From the human T2T-CHM13v2.0 reference genome, Homo sapiens: DNA of 64,000 nucleotides. The notes below the pieces were generated by a model that was given only the letters and a program-made list of their open reading frames with translations, was not told the DNA's origin and made no database searches. Below, one piece after another: positions 1 to 13,019 of this stretch (within the stretch, counting starts at the first letter, position 1; every line of letters begins with the position of its first letter). The DNA lies in NCBI RefSeq assembly GCF_009914755.1, contig NC_060933.1. One strand, given 5' to 3'. The position numbers were made by a program, and so were the translations under genes.

Positions 1-184
1 GAAACCCCATCTCTACTGAAAATACAAAAAATTAGCTGGGCATGGTGGTACACACCTGTAGTCTCAGCTACTCGGGAGGGTGAGGCAGGAGAATCGCTTG
101 AATCGGGGTGGAGGAAGTGGGGGAGCAGTGAGCCAAGATCGCACCACTGCACCCCAGCCTAGGCAACAGAGTAAGACTCTGTCT

Positions 185-215
<31 letters not shown>
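1..215 (+). mobile_element. Alu (AluS-like), 5' part outside window, in last NR4A3 intron
   Basis: GAAACCCCATCTCTACT...AAAAATTAGCTGGGC linker, right arm, long A tail at about 186-216. Confidence 0.95.
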
Positions 216-219
<4 letters not shown>

Positions 220-1252
220 AGAGAAATGAGGCTCTGAAGTCTAAATGTTGAGGAAAAGCATAGTGATTTGTTGTGGATGTCAGGCTCCCTTCTCATTGCT
301 TTGGAACAAGAGACCAGTATTTGCCTCAGAAAACTGGGTTCTAATCCTAGCTTTTAGCAGCTGAGTGACTTTGGGAAATTCATTTAACCTTATACATAAG
401 ATAGATCATAGTATTTAACATGGAGATCATTTTATATATTGTTTTGTAAAATATAAGATACTGGTATTTGTGTCTTAATACATTATAACATGCCTGCACC
501 ACATCCTTCTGGGCTTCCTCCCCTTCTCTTTGGCTTTTCCATCTCCACAGCAGGAGGACATGTGTATTTTGTACAGAGTGCCAGGTGTAGGTCAACAGGG
601 GTTTCAAGTGGGGGGGAACAAAACAAGGAAAAGAAAAGCTGAATTCTTCTCAGTGCTGGTTAGCATGAAAACACAGGAATGCACTTTGCTGTGTTGGGTC
701 TTTTCGAGCAGCCCTTGCATTAGCAAATGGAAGTTACAGCCTCCCCACCTCCCTTAAATGAGTCTGTCAAGATAGAAACATTAATTCATTTGCCTGGATG
801 TGTTTCTATGTCACTCTGAAAAATAGTTGCCTACTGACAAGGCTTTGTGAGAGCTTAGTAGGATAATGTATGCAAAATAATAACCACCCTGCCATTCATT
901 CCATGTGGCTGTGTGCCAGGAACTGTGCTTCCCTTGTGTTACTTACCTAAGCTGGCCATCCCAGAAACCCTGAATTGGGTATGATCATTTTCTTCATCTC
1001 ATAAGGAAATGGGTGCTCAGAAGTAAAGAGACTTACTCTAGGGCACACAGCAAGTAAGTGTTGGGACTGGGATTCAAACCTTGGTGTTGCTTCATACCAA
1101 AGGCCATGAGCTATCTCTAACAGGGAGGGCACTTTGATTGCAAAGAAGCTATCCAAACTGGCAGAATGAGACACAGACCTCAATTAGGGATTCAAAGTGT
1201 CTTAAGATGTATTTGCCTCCTAAACTTCTTGCCCTTCTCTATCCCTCTGCAG

Positions 1253-1500
1253 AAAGACATGGGTTAAAAGAACCAAAGAGAGTCGAAGAGCTATGCAACA
1301 AGATCACAAGCAGTTTAAAAGACCACCAGAGTAAGGGACAGGCTCTGGAGCCCACCGAGTCCAAGGTCCTGGGTGCCCTGGTAGAACTGAGGAAGATCTG
1401 CACCCTGGGCCTCCAGCGCATCTTCTACCTGAAGCTGGAAGACTTGGTGTCTCCACCTTCCATCATTGACAAGCTCTTCCTGGACACCCTACCTTTCTAA
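1253..1500 (+). CDS. NR4A3: NR4A3 (NOR-1) final coding exon, C-terminal ligand-binding domain/AF-2
   Basis: Polypyrimidine tract with AG at 1251-1252; translation (E)[25 protein letters not shown]...[29 protein letters not shown] matches the NR4A3 C-terminus; TAA at 1498-1500. Confidence 0.97.
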
Positions 1501-4500
1501 TCAGGAGCAGTGGAGCAGTGAGCTGCCTCCTCTCCTAGCACCTGCTTGCTACGCAGCAAAGGGATAGGTTTGGAAACCTATCATTTCCTGTCCTTCCTTA
1601 AGAGGAAAAGCAGCTCCTGTAGAAAGCAAAGACTTTCTTTTTTTTCTGGCTCTTTTCCTTACAACCTAAAGCCAGAAAACTTGCAGAGTATTGTGTTGGG
1701 GTTGTGTTTTATATTTAGGCATTGGGGGATGGGGTGGGAGGGGGTTATAGTTCATGAGGGTTTTCTAAGAAATTGCTAACAAAGCACTTTTGGACAATGC
1801 TATCCCAGCAGGAAAAAAAAGGATAATATAACTGTTTTAAAACTCTTTCTGGGGAATCCAATTATAGTTGCTTTGTATTTAAAAACAAGAACAGCCAAGG
1901 GTTGTTCGCCAGGGTAGGATGTGTCTTAAAGATTGGTCCCTTGAAAATATGCTTCCTGTATCAAAGGTACGTATGTGGTGCAAACAAGGCAGAAACTTCC
2001 TTTTAATTTCCTTCTTCCTTTATTTTAACAAATGGTGAAAGATGGAGGATTACCTACAAATCAGACATGGCAAAACAATAATGGCTGTTTGCTTCCATAA
2101 ACAAGTGCAATTTTTTAAAGTGCTGTCTTACTAAGTCTTGTTTATTAACTCTCCTTTATTCTATATGGAAATAAAAAGGAGGCAGTCATGTTAGCAAATG
2201 ACACGTTAATATCCCTAGCAGAGGCTGTGTTCACCTTCCCTGTCGATCCCTTCTGAGGTATGGCCCATCCAAGACTTTTAGGCCATTCTTGATGGAACCA
2301 GATCCCTGCCCTGACTGTCCAGCTATCCTGAAAGTGGATCAGATTATAAACTGGATTACATGTAACTGTTTTGGTTGTGTTCTATCAACCCCACCAGAGT
2401 TCCCTAAACTTGCTTCAGTTATAGTAACTGACTGGTATATTCATTCAGAAGCGCCATAAGTCAGTTGAGTATTTGATCCCTAGATAAGAACATGCAAATC
2501 AGCAGGAACTGGTCATACAGGGTAAGCACCAGGGACAATAAGGATTTTTATAGATATAATTTAATTTTTGTTATTGGTTAAGGAGACAATTTTGGAGAGC
2601 AAGCAAATCTTCTTTTTAAAAAATAGTATGAATGTGAATACTAGAAAAGATTTAAAAAATAGTATGAGTGTGAGTACTAGGAAGGATTAGTGGGCTGCGT
2701 TTCAACATTCCGTGTTCGTACTCCCTTTTGTATGTTTCTACTGTTAATGCCATATTACTATGAGATAATTTGTTGCATAGTGTCCTTATTTGTATAAACA
2801 TTTGTATGCACGTTATATTGTAATAGCTTTGCCTGTATTTATTGCAAGACCACCAGCTCCTGGAAGCTGAGTTACAGAGTAATTAAATGGGGTGTTCACA
2901 GTGACTTGGATACACCAATTAGAAATTAAATAAGCAAATATATATATATATATAAATATAGCAGGTTACATATATATATTTATAATGTGTCTTTTTATTA
3001 ACCATTTGTACAATAAATGTCACTTCCCATGCCGTTATTTTATGGTTCATTTGCAGTGACTTTTAAGGCAGTACTGTTTAGCACTTTGATATTAAAATTT
3101 TGCTTATGTTTTGCTAAATTCGAATAATGTTTGAAGATTTTTAGGTCTAAAAGTCTTTATATTATATACTCTGTATCAAGTCAAAATATCTTTGGCCATT
3201 TTGCTAAGAAACAAACTTTGAATGTCAAACTGATGTCACAGTAGTTTTTGTTAGCTTTAAATCATTTTTGCTTTAGTCTTTTTAAAGGAAAATAACAAAA
3301 CTATGCTGTTTATATTGTCATTAAATTATACAATCAAACAAATGCCAAATGAATTGCCTAATTGCTGCAAAGTATAACCCAGATAGGAAATCATATGTTT
3401 TTTTCCAAGAGTCATTCTAATATTTGATTATGTTATGTGTGCTTTTATGAAAGATTGTTATTTTTATATATCAAGATGATAGAACCTGGAATGTTAGGAT
3501 TTTGAAATGTTAGACTTGGAAGGGGCCTGGTCTGTCAACTAGTCCAACCCCTTAAAATTCATAGAGGAGCAAACTGGGGCCCATTGAAGGGTGAAGAGTT
3601 ACTCAAGGTCAAACAGCTGGTAACAGAATCAAGACTAAGACCTAATTTACCTTTCCATACTCTTTTTTTTTCTCAACTTCATCTATATAAAATCAGGCTT
3701 TTAAACATAACCACTAATATTTACCTGAAGATAACCATGAGTAAAGTATACTTTTGCATTAATTTTTTGAGCTTATATGCAAACATAATAAATATTATTA
3801 AATATCAGGAAAGCTAACATTTCATACAAGATAGCTTCAGACCAAATTCAAATTGAATTTGAATAAATTAGAAATACTGTGCATACATAACCTTCTTGTG
3901 CACCATGAGTATTTGGAAAGTTAATCCTTGTTTTTGTCGTGTCTATAAAGGAAGAACAAAACAAAATAAAAACAGAGCCCTAGAGAAATGCTGTTACTTT
4001 TTATTTTTACACCCATCAGATTTAAGGAAAAGACTTTTTAGCCATTATAATCTAGTGGTTGGAAGGAATGAAGAAGCTTTTTTAGTAATAGGTCCAGATA
4101 TGAGTGCTAAAAATAAAGATGATAGCATGTTCTTCTGTCTTCCATAGTTATTACAACTATGAGAGCCTCCCAAGTCATCTTATCAACTCAACTCCCTTTT
4201 TTTTGTCTTAATGTTGCACATAAGTTTATACAGAGTGGATGACCACACTAGCACAGAAGAGAACAACATGTATTAAAGCAGGTGATTCCTCCCCTTGGCG
4301 GGAGAGCTCTCTCAGTGTGAACATGCCTTCTGTGGGCGGAAATCAGGAAGCCACCAGCTGTTAATGGAGAGTGCCTTGCTTTTATTTCAGACAGCAGAGT
4401 TTTCCAAAGTTTCTCTGCTCCTCTAACAGCATTGCTCTTTAGTGTGTGTTAACCTGTGGTTTGAAAGAAATGCTCTTGTACATTAACAATGTAAATTTAA

Positions 4501-4529
4501 ATGATTAAATTACATTTTATCAATGGCTA
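1501..4529 (+). other. NR4A3: NR4A3 3' UTR (about 3 kb, AU-rich, several poly(A) signals)
   Basis: Follows the stop codon; largely repeat-poor; AATAAA at 2170, 3012, 3787, 3862, 3965 and 4112, ATTAAA at 4504; 3' end inferred. Confidence 0.8.
3480..3660 (+). mobile_element. MIR remnant inside the NR4A3 3' UTR
   Basis: GAGGAGCAAACTGGGGCCC...GTTACTCAAGGTCAAACAGCTGGTAA resembles the MIR core. Confidence 0.6.
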
Positions 4530-4540
4530 CTGGTGTATTG
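4477..4540 (+). terminator. Distal cleavage/polyadenylation site of NR4A3
   Basis: TGTA at 4477 and 4490, ATTAAA at 4504-4509, GT-rich TGGTGTATTG at 4531-4540. Confidence 0.65.
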
Positions 4541-5161
4541 AATAAGCCTGCTTCATTTAACAGTTTTCTCTTAATTATTATGTAATAGTATTTGCTGTGA
4601 ACTCTTAAGCACATCCCCAAAATTGATTTTTTAAAGGCTTAGTAATGCTGAAAAATTAATAGGATTTCTGTATTGGATATATATTAAACCTTACTGATTG
4701 GAAAGAAGGACATTCTAAATTCAATAACCATTTATTGACTGCTTCCTAGGGGCAAACCACTGCCGAGTGCTTTGAGGAGATACAAACATGCACAGTGTGT
4801 GAAACTCCTATTTTTCTTTCAACTGTATATAATGTAAATAGAGCTAAAATTTGTTGGCTAAAAGTATTCTTTAGAGGTAAGAAAGATTCATTTCTATATC
4901 AAGACAATATGATACGGTTTGTGAACCAACATTTCCAAGAATCAAGGTTACAGTTCTCAAAGATGGATGAGTGCTCTCTGCCTTTTTGTTTAAGCCATCA
5001 CTACTACATTACTTAGAAACCCCTTCTTTGTGGGTAATACAAATGCAACTTTTATTCAACTCTACCCAAAACATCATGTGTTCTGAGTTAGTGCAAATAT
5101 GCTTTTTGGGTGTTGATGGCTCAAAAATGTGGGAGTTCTCATGACTTACTTCATCAGTTCA

Positions 5162-5347
5162 TGCATAAAGTATTGTCTGTGACATCTAAGTACAGATGAA
5201 TGGATAAACAAAATGTGGTATATAAATACAGCGGAATATTGTTCAGCATTAAATTATAAATATATTATCTGTGTACTGTGCAGACACAGTACTTAGATGT
5301 CACAGACAATACTTTATGCAAGTGTTTGGTTTAGGAGCCAAACACTT
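5162..5347. repeat. Perfect 32-bp inverted repeat with nested smaller hairpins
   Basis: TGCATAAAGTATTGTCTGTGACATCTAAGTAC (5162-5193) and its exact reverse complement (5289-5320). Confidence 0.95.
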
Positions 5348-5674
5348 CCTCCCGCTTCTCAACAGGACCTTCATTACTCAACCACAAACTATGATTAGTA
5401 AGAAAAGAATGACAGCTATAGTGGAGTGCCATCTGACATAAATTCAAATATAGGTGCTCTTATCAATAAAAAACAAAAGTAAGTGCTTGGCTACAATAAA
5501 AAATAAATAAGAGGACAGGGTTAAGCCCCTCCTCGAGGGACAATAAGGACAAAGGTGTGGTTTGAATGGGGAGGGGACCAGGAAGAACAAAGCTAAATAA
5601 AGGGGCACTTGCCTATGGTTGAATTCCTACAGGTTAAATGCAAAGATAAACACAAGCAACTAATTTCTGACTTT

Positions 5675-6165
5675 AAATTGTGGTAAAATACACATAAAAT
5701 CTACCATCCTAACTGTTTTTAAGTGTACAGTTCAGGAGTGTTAAGTACATTGTTGAGCAAGCAATTTCCACAACTCTTTTTCATCTTGTAAAACTGAAAC
5801 TCTATACCCATTAAACAACTCCCCATTTCCCCTTCTGCAGCCCCTGGCAACCACCATCCTACCTTCTGTCTCTATACATTTGACTACTCATGTAAGTAAA
5901 GCCATACAGTATTTGTATTTTTGTAACTGGCTTATTTCACTTAGCATAATGTCCTCAGGTCCATCCATGTTGTATTATGTGCCAGAATTTCCTTCCTTTT
6001 TAAGGCTAAATAATATTCCATGGTATTTACATACCACATTTTGTTTACCCATTAATCCATCAATGGGCATTTGGGTTGCTTCCACCTCTTGACTATTATG
6101 AATAATATTGCTGTGAACATGGATGTGCAAATATCTTTTCAAATCCTGCTTTCCATTATTTTGAG
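5675..6165 (-). mobile_element. L1MB-like 3' fragment
   Basis: CAGCCCCTGGCAACCACCATCCTACCTTCTGTCTCTAT and CTGGCTTATTTCACTTAGCATAATG are typical antisense L1M 3' end motifs. Confidence 0.8.
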
Positions 6166-6787
6166 TAATTGTTGACTTTTGAGCTTAAGCGTGATTCAAG
6201 TGCTTTTCAAGAATAATCTTGATTTTATGTGGGGTTTTTTTGCCTTAGGGACTGATTTCAGAGCCTTCCCATTTCTTTACCTCAGGAGGCATCTGAGGTT
6301 GCTCCATGAACAAGGCTGTTTATAAACCATTGTTCCAGGGCTAGGCTGAAAACTGAAAGGACTAAAATCTAAGAGGCTTAAGTAGTTCATCATCTTTTCT
6401 GAACAATCTTCTCTAAGAAGGCCCATCCTTTGCCCAACCAGTTGAAAATCCCATCAGTTTCAAAGAGGTTTTTGCACCTTCTATTATTTACCATCCCTCA
6501 CGATGTACAAAATTCTTCACGAAATGCTTCAGCAAAGTCTTCCTCAAGGTTGTCTCTGAGTTGCACTGTGACACTGACATGGGCAATGCTTGTTTTGTTT
6601 GGCTTTTGTTGCAAGTGCACTGTCCTTCCTGTTTTAGTTTTTCTGTCTCTGTCTGACTCATTTCATGGCTCCATCAGTGAGCTCAGGGATCATCAGCCCC
6701 TTCTCTGATTACCTCCTGTGATGCTGGCCATCCCCATGCTGGGCCTCTAAGGGTACTTGATTTGAGGGGAAGAGAAGACAGACCTAA

Positions 6788-7587
6788 TGTTACTAAACAA
6801 AACTCTGATCTGCTCACTCAGTGCACAGAAAAAGCCAAACACTGACACTGGGATTTGCAGTGATAGAAAGTGAGGCATTTATTGCAGGGTGCCAAGCAAG
6901 GGGATCGGGCAATTAACACTTAAGACCCTGATTCCCTGATGGCTTCCAAGCAAAGGTTTTTGAAGGCAGGGGTACATTTCAGGAAAGCAGAAGTTACAGG
7001 CAAAATCGTGAGTCCAACATGGATGTTATACATTGGTTTGGCCTGAAAAGATGAGCTATCTTGAAGTGGGAGCTTACAGGTCATTGGGTGGATTCAGAAA
7101 TTCTTTGATTTGCAATTGGTTAAGGAAAGAAGGTTTTGTCTAAAAACTTGGGTTCAGCAGAAAGTAAGGTTAATGTTTGGCCTGTGGGTGTGACTCTTAT
7201 CCAGGTCCCACAGGAAGAAATTTAGAAGAAAGAATGGTGGTCAGTGTTCAATCTTCAGGTCCCCTTTATCTAAGGTCTCCCTGACAATGGCCAGCATTTT
7301 TTCATCAGTGGGAGTCTTGGTTTCTAATAAACAACTCAAGAACATATGTTACGGTGTTATCTTTTAGTTTCTAGAAGGAACTAAAACACCTTGTGACTAT
7401 AACTTGCTTGAGATTATTGTTTATGCTATTCCTTTTTTTTTTTTTTTTTTGCTTATGGGATTGCTTATTTATTTCTCAGGGATAGCTGGGTGCCTGGAAT
7501 TTCCTTTGAAGAGATTCAAGATTTTTCCCTTATTTCCATGCTTGGGGGGCCTATTAGGCCCCTAAGAAGGACCCCTGCTTTGTCTCA
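6788..7587 (-). mobile_element. Solo LTR, ERV1 class (MER4-group/LTR48-like; subfamily uncertain)
   Basis: TG...CA termini; 4-bp TSD CTAA (6784-6787 and 7588-7591); minus-strand AATAAA near 6877. Confidence 0.8.
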
Positions 7588-8602
7588 CTAACATTTATTA
7601 ATAATCTATGGTGTGTGCCAGATATTCTAGTAAACCCTTTCATCTATGCTCTCATTAAATGGTTACTACTTCTAGGAAGGAGGTGATATCATCTGTCTGA
7701 AAATGGGGAAAGAGGCCAGAAGAGGTTAAGTATTTAGCAGCAGGACCTCACAGCTAGTAAGTGGATTTGAACACAGGTCAATATGGCTCTACTGCCCCCA
7801 GCTGCATTCATGGAGCTGTGATTAGACCCCCATTCCTTCCCAGAACACAGGGGTCCTCTAATCTCAGTTCCTTGCTCATCAGCAATGGTGAGAACTCTAC
7901 CCGAGCAATGCAGCTACCATCCAAAACTCTGACTCAGCTTCATCATTCCTGTCTGCCAGACGTATCACCCGTCTTGTGAATTCTTCAGACTTCTTGACTC
8001 AACAGTCCCCATCATTGTCCCCACATTACTCAAAGCTTGTCCGTCACCAGCCTCAGTCCCACTGAGCCTTGTAATAACGAGGCCCTGCTCCACTTTTGGA
8101 ATCCCTTTCTAGTCCTTTCATCTCTAAACACAAACATTCCCTATCCTCAGAGTGGGCTTCAAACATTCAACCCTTCATGACTCTTTTCTGCTTCCAGCCA
8201 ACCTCCCAATTTCCAGGTGATTTAAAACTTCCACTCAGGCTCTGTAGTCCACATCTTCCAAGTTGTTCTCCTTTGGACTCTACAACCACAGCTCTGTCTC
8301 CTTCTGGTTACTTTCATAAACCCCACAAAGCCATCACCCCCCAGATCTGCCTTTTTTATCCCTGAGAAAAGATGCTGAAACAAATGCAGAGAAGCAGGCA
8401 ATTCTTGCTCATCTCAGAGCCATTCCCTTCCTGGCAGCCTGGCCTCCATCTTGCCCTTTGAATTTACATGTCCACAAATACACTTTCTACCTTTTGTTCC
8501 TAAAACCATAGTTTCTTCCCCCCAGCCCTTTCATCCTTTGCTGATTTTCTCCAGTTTTTAATCAATTGCTCAGAACCACATAAAGGTATTTTAAGTATAA
8601 AT

Positions 8603-8633
<31 letters not shown>

Positions 8634-8854
8634 CACTACCCTAACATAGCTGCTTACATGCTTCCTTGTCCATATATACATATTCAGGGGATTTTTCCTT
8701 ATTTTAAAAAAAAAGATACATCTTTATATTTTTATTTTTGCTTTTCACATTGTGAAGATTCTATGGGAAACTAAAAGAATATGAAGTTGAAAATATATAA
8801 CTGATGAAAAAGAAAAAAGTGAAATATTTCATACATACAAAAGTGAAATTGATT

Positions 8855-9160
8855 TTATTTTATATTTTTGAGACAGGGTCTCACTCTGTCACCCAGGCTG
8901 GAGAGCAATGGTGCAATCATGGCCCATTGCAGCCTTGACCTTCTGAGCTCAAGTAATCCTCACATCTCAGCCTCTCAGGTAGCTAGGACTACAGGCACAA
9001 GCAACCACGCCCACCTCATTTTTGTATTTTTTTTTTTTTTTTTTTTAGAGAAGGGGTTTCACCATGTTGCCCAGGTTGGTCTCAAACTCCTGGGCTCAAG
9101 TGATTCACCTGTCTTGGCCTCCAAAAGTGTTGAGATTACAAGCGTGAGCCACCACACTCT
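8855..9160 (-). mobile_element. Alu (AluJ-like)
   Basis: Antisense Alu dimer; TSD-like TGAAAT/CTGATTTT on both sides. Confidence 0.9.
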
Positions 9161-9624
9161 ATGAAACTGATTTTAAAGCACAAAATAATTGTTACATATT
9201 TTATACATGTGAAAGAATAACAGAACAAACATATTTGAGCTTACTACCCAACTCAAGAACTATCAGAATCCCTGTGCCTCCCCAATCCCATTTCCCTCTT
9301 CCCTCCACCATTCTGAATTTTGGTTTATCATTATATATGTATATATTCCTAAACAATTTCTTGTTTAAATTTACATGTCTTTGAGTTTTGTATTTAGTAT
9401 CATAAAGCATATATTCTTTTGCAACTTGTTTTATCTATGATGTTGTATGCTCTAATTCACTAATTTTCTCTCCTCTGTAGTACCTCTCTTAATACAGTAT
9501 AATTTCTCTATTCACTTTCCTGTCAAGGGATATTTAAGTTGTTTCCAGGTTCTTGCTATTACTAGCTATGATGTTATGAAATTTTTGTATACATCTCCTA
9601 ATAAACACAGGAAATAATTTCCCT

Positions 9625-9815
9625 AGGCTGGGGGTTTTCAAAGTGTAGTCCTAGGATCAGCAGTATCAGCATCACCTGGGACCTTACTAAACGCAGATTC
9701 TCAGGCCCCACTCCAGAGTTACTGAATCAGAAACTCTGAGGGAGGGCCCAGCAATCTGCATTTTAGAAGCCCTCCAGGTAATTATGATGCATACCAAAGT
9801 TTGAGACCCACAGCT
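9625..9815. mobile_element. MER5A hAT-Charlie DNA transposon remnant
   Basis: CAGCATCACCTGGGA...GCAGATTCTCAGGCCCC...GAATCAGAAACTCTG...AAGTTTGAGA. Confidence 0.8.
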
Positions 9816-9932
9816 GTAGGCCAACCAAGAAGTAGAGTTGGTAGGATATGTGGCATACATGTTGTTTCCTTTACTAGATATATTAATTTTCTTCAGAAGC
9901 ATTGCACCAATTTACACTCTCACCAACAATAA

Positions 9933-10278
<346 letters not shown>

Positions 10279-10964
10279 AGAATTTTTTATTGTGAATCCA
10301 GTGGTTATAAAATGGCATCTTACTGTGCTTTATATCTCACTTTTTGCAGAACAAAGTCAATATACTCAAAACAACCTCTTACTTTTCAGAACTAGCTTTC
10401 CTTTCCTTTCTTTTCCAGCTCCCCCACTTCTGAAATGGTGTAATTTCTACCATCTTGAGGGCTAGAAATCTGGGCACTATGTTTTATATGCCTCTCTGTC
10501 TTCCAGAAGGCATTGGACAATAGCCTTCTAGTGACAACATCACTACTATCTGGCTCCAGAGAGTGGCTCTACATATGAAAATTTCAACTTGGAGAGAGTC
10601 AACGGTGGTATCATGATAGGTGACATTTTAGGATGGCTTAGATGCAGGGTTGGTCTTGGAATATGTCTCATTTATATTGTAACCCATAGGTTGCTGGGGC
10701 CTCTTTTCCTTAGGATCCAGAAGGGATTGTTTTAAACACTTTATTCCACAGAGAGGGAGGTTGAAAGTCCTCCTCAAGATATCTGTAAATTCTGCCAACT
10801 TTTATATTAGCTCTGGCTTCAGGCTTCCAATTCTGTTTGATATTAACAATTTTTTTTTTTTCTGTACCACTGGTGTCATCTCTGCTTCTGGTGTTGCTCT
10901 GGAAGTAGAATTCAGATCTTTTCCAAAATTTCCACCCAAACATCATGAATAAGACTTTCCCAGG

Positions 10965-11270
10965 TTCTAGAAAACTATCTTAAGTGATGGCTGGTGACTT
11001 CTACCCCTTCTTCTTCATCCATCTCTCCATCCTTTTATCTGGAACGTGGATGCCACTTTAGACTATGGAGATAAGGGTACCTCCTAAGAACTGTAGCAAA
11101 GGAAGTTGGAAGGAATCAGCCTTGAGGATTTTACGGAGCAGAGCAACCCTATCTGAGCTGGATTGCACGTAAGTAGGCTTTTCATGAGAAAAAAAATAAA
11201 CTCCTTGTTAAACCACTGTTATTTTGAGTTTTTCCATTACTCAAAGCTGAATTGTATCCCAGCTGAGACA
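10965..11270 (+). mobile_element. Old MLT1 (MaLR) LTR fragment
   Basis: AATAAACTCCTTGTTAAACCACTG...CTGAGACA resembles an MLT1 3' end. Confidence 0.5.
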
Positions 11271-13019
11271 CACAGTATGCAAGAAACATGGTTCATCTAC
11301 AGCATAGGTGAAAAAATAGTCAGGAGTATCAAGGATAGTGACTCAGCGTGAATCACTCATGTTTTGAGGCTACCAAAAAAAGCCAAAGACATCTTAGGTC
11401 ACAATTATTTGTTTATTTATTCATCCTTTGATTCATTCAACCTTAAACTAGGCCCTGTGTTTCGGCTTCCTCATAGTCTCATAGACCCAATGATGCCTGC
11501 CCTCTCAAGGTCTTAATTCTTTCTATTGTGTAGTTTTTCTCTTACTGCCTTCTAATTTCACCTTCACCCCTAACCACCTCATCTAGTATTTTCCAATTTC
11601 TATTCCTGAGAAAGAAAATCTGACTGATCTGGCTCAATTTGTCATGCGAGGCCACATTACAGATGCCTGGACAATCTGAGGAGTAGCTGTCCTTGGGTAG
11701 TCCCTGATCCAGTCAGCTGTGGTCCTTCAGAAAATATTGTGACTTGAATAGTTTCACTCTGGAGGGACTGAGAATAAAAGGGCTCTATGACTATCAAGTC
11801 TGGTATAGGAGGAAGCTTGACTTGACTCATGGGGCCAATTGCAGGGGGCAGGTTTGGTAGAATCATTCCTTCTTGATTCCCTTACTGCCTAGCACAATAT
11901 TTGGTTCACTGGAAACCCTTAGAAAATGCTTGCTGAGTGAATTCAAGTTAGATATTCGTTGATGGGAGTAGGAGCTGGAAAACATGTCAAATTCCCAAGA
12001 AATAGATGATGTCATAATTTCCAAAATTGGTATCCAGAGCCAAAGAATCAAGTTTCATCTTTTTCTCAACTTTAATGTAAAAGAAAGGGGGGTGGGGCGG
12101 AGAGAGAGAGAGAAAATCAACACAACCCCAAGGAAGGTTTGTTTTTTTCCTTTCCTTCGGAAAGCAGCTGTCAGTTTAACTTATCCCAAAATACTGTCAG
12201 TGATGAGCATGACTGAAAATGCGTTTTATCTGTAATTAGAGAGATTACATTAAACACTATTATTTGCAGACACACATTGAATTAACCCTAATCGAGGCTA
12301 GCAAATAGTAGAGCCTGCCTATTTTTCCCCTCAAAATTTTTAGAAAATTGTGACAGTTGACACACAAGGGACAATGCTGACAAGATTTCTTTCCATCAAA
12401 TGCCAGACAGTAATTGTAATTGCCTTTAAAAATGTTTTAAGCAGTTTCGTTAGTAAATCAGAAGTTGCCACAAATCATGCTGATAGTTTCTAAACATGGG
12501 GGTTGTTGACTGTGCATTCCAATATGAGTTTAATGAATTGATTTTCTGAGGAATTTAACTTTGCATCTGTTTTCAGGTATAATTAATTCACTCTGATTAA
12601 TGTGATTAGCATAGATATCAGTGGATTACACATGATACCCTTTATTTATTCACTTATTTTTAATCTGCCATACTGTCCATTGGGAAATGATAGAAGTGAT
12701 TTTTGGGAAAACATCTTGCTGGTGGCTCTGATCACATTGGATTTCTGCAAAGCAGAATCCTGGAAGGAATTCACTGATTATTCACAGCCTGTGCAGCAAT
12801 GTACTTTTGTTTGAGGGACTTATTAAAGTTTACACAGTCCCTGCCTTTAAGGAGCTTATAATCCAGAGGAGAAGATGAGACAAACATTCCAATGCAAGTC
12901 ACTCACAAGGAAGAATGACTGTCCTCAGATTCTTCATTCTCTCAGGACCCCTCCCCAACTCTCTTAAAATAATGCTATTATCTAGGGTAAACTAATGCTT
13001 CCCATTCTCCTGAGCAGTC

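Noticed and set aside
1138-1252. N-terminal extension of the 120-aa ORF
   Set aside because: Intronic read-through upstream of the acceptor at 1252; only 1253-1500 is NR4A3 coding.
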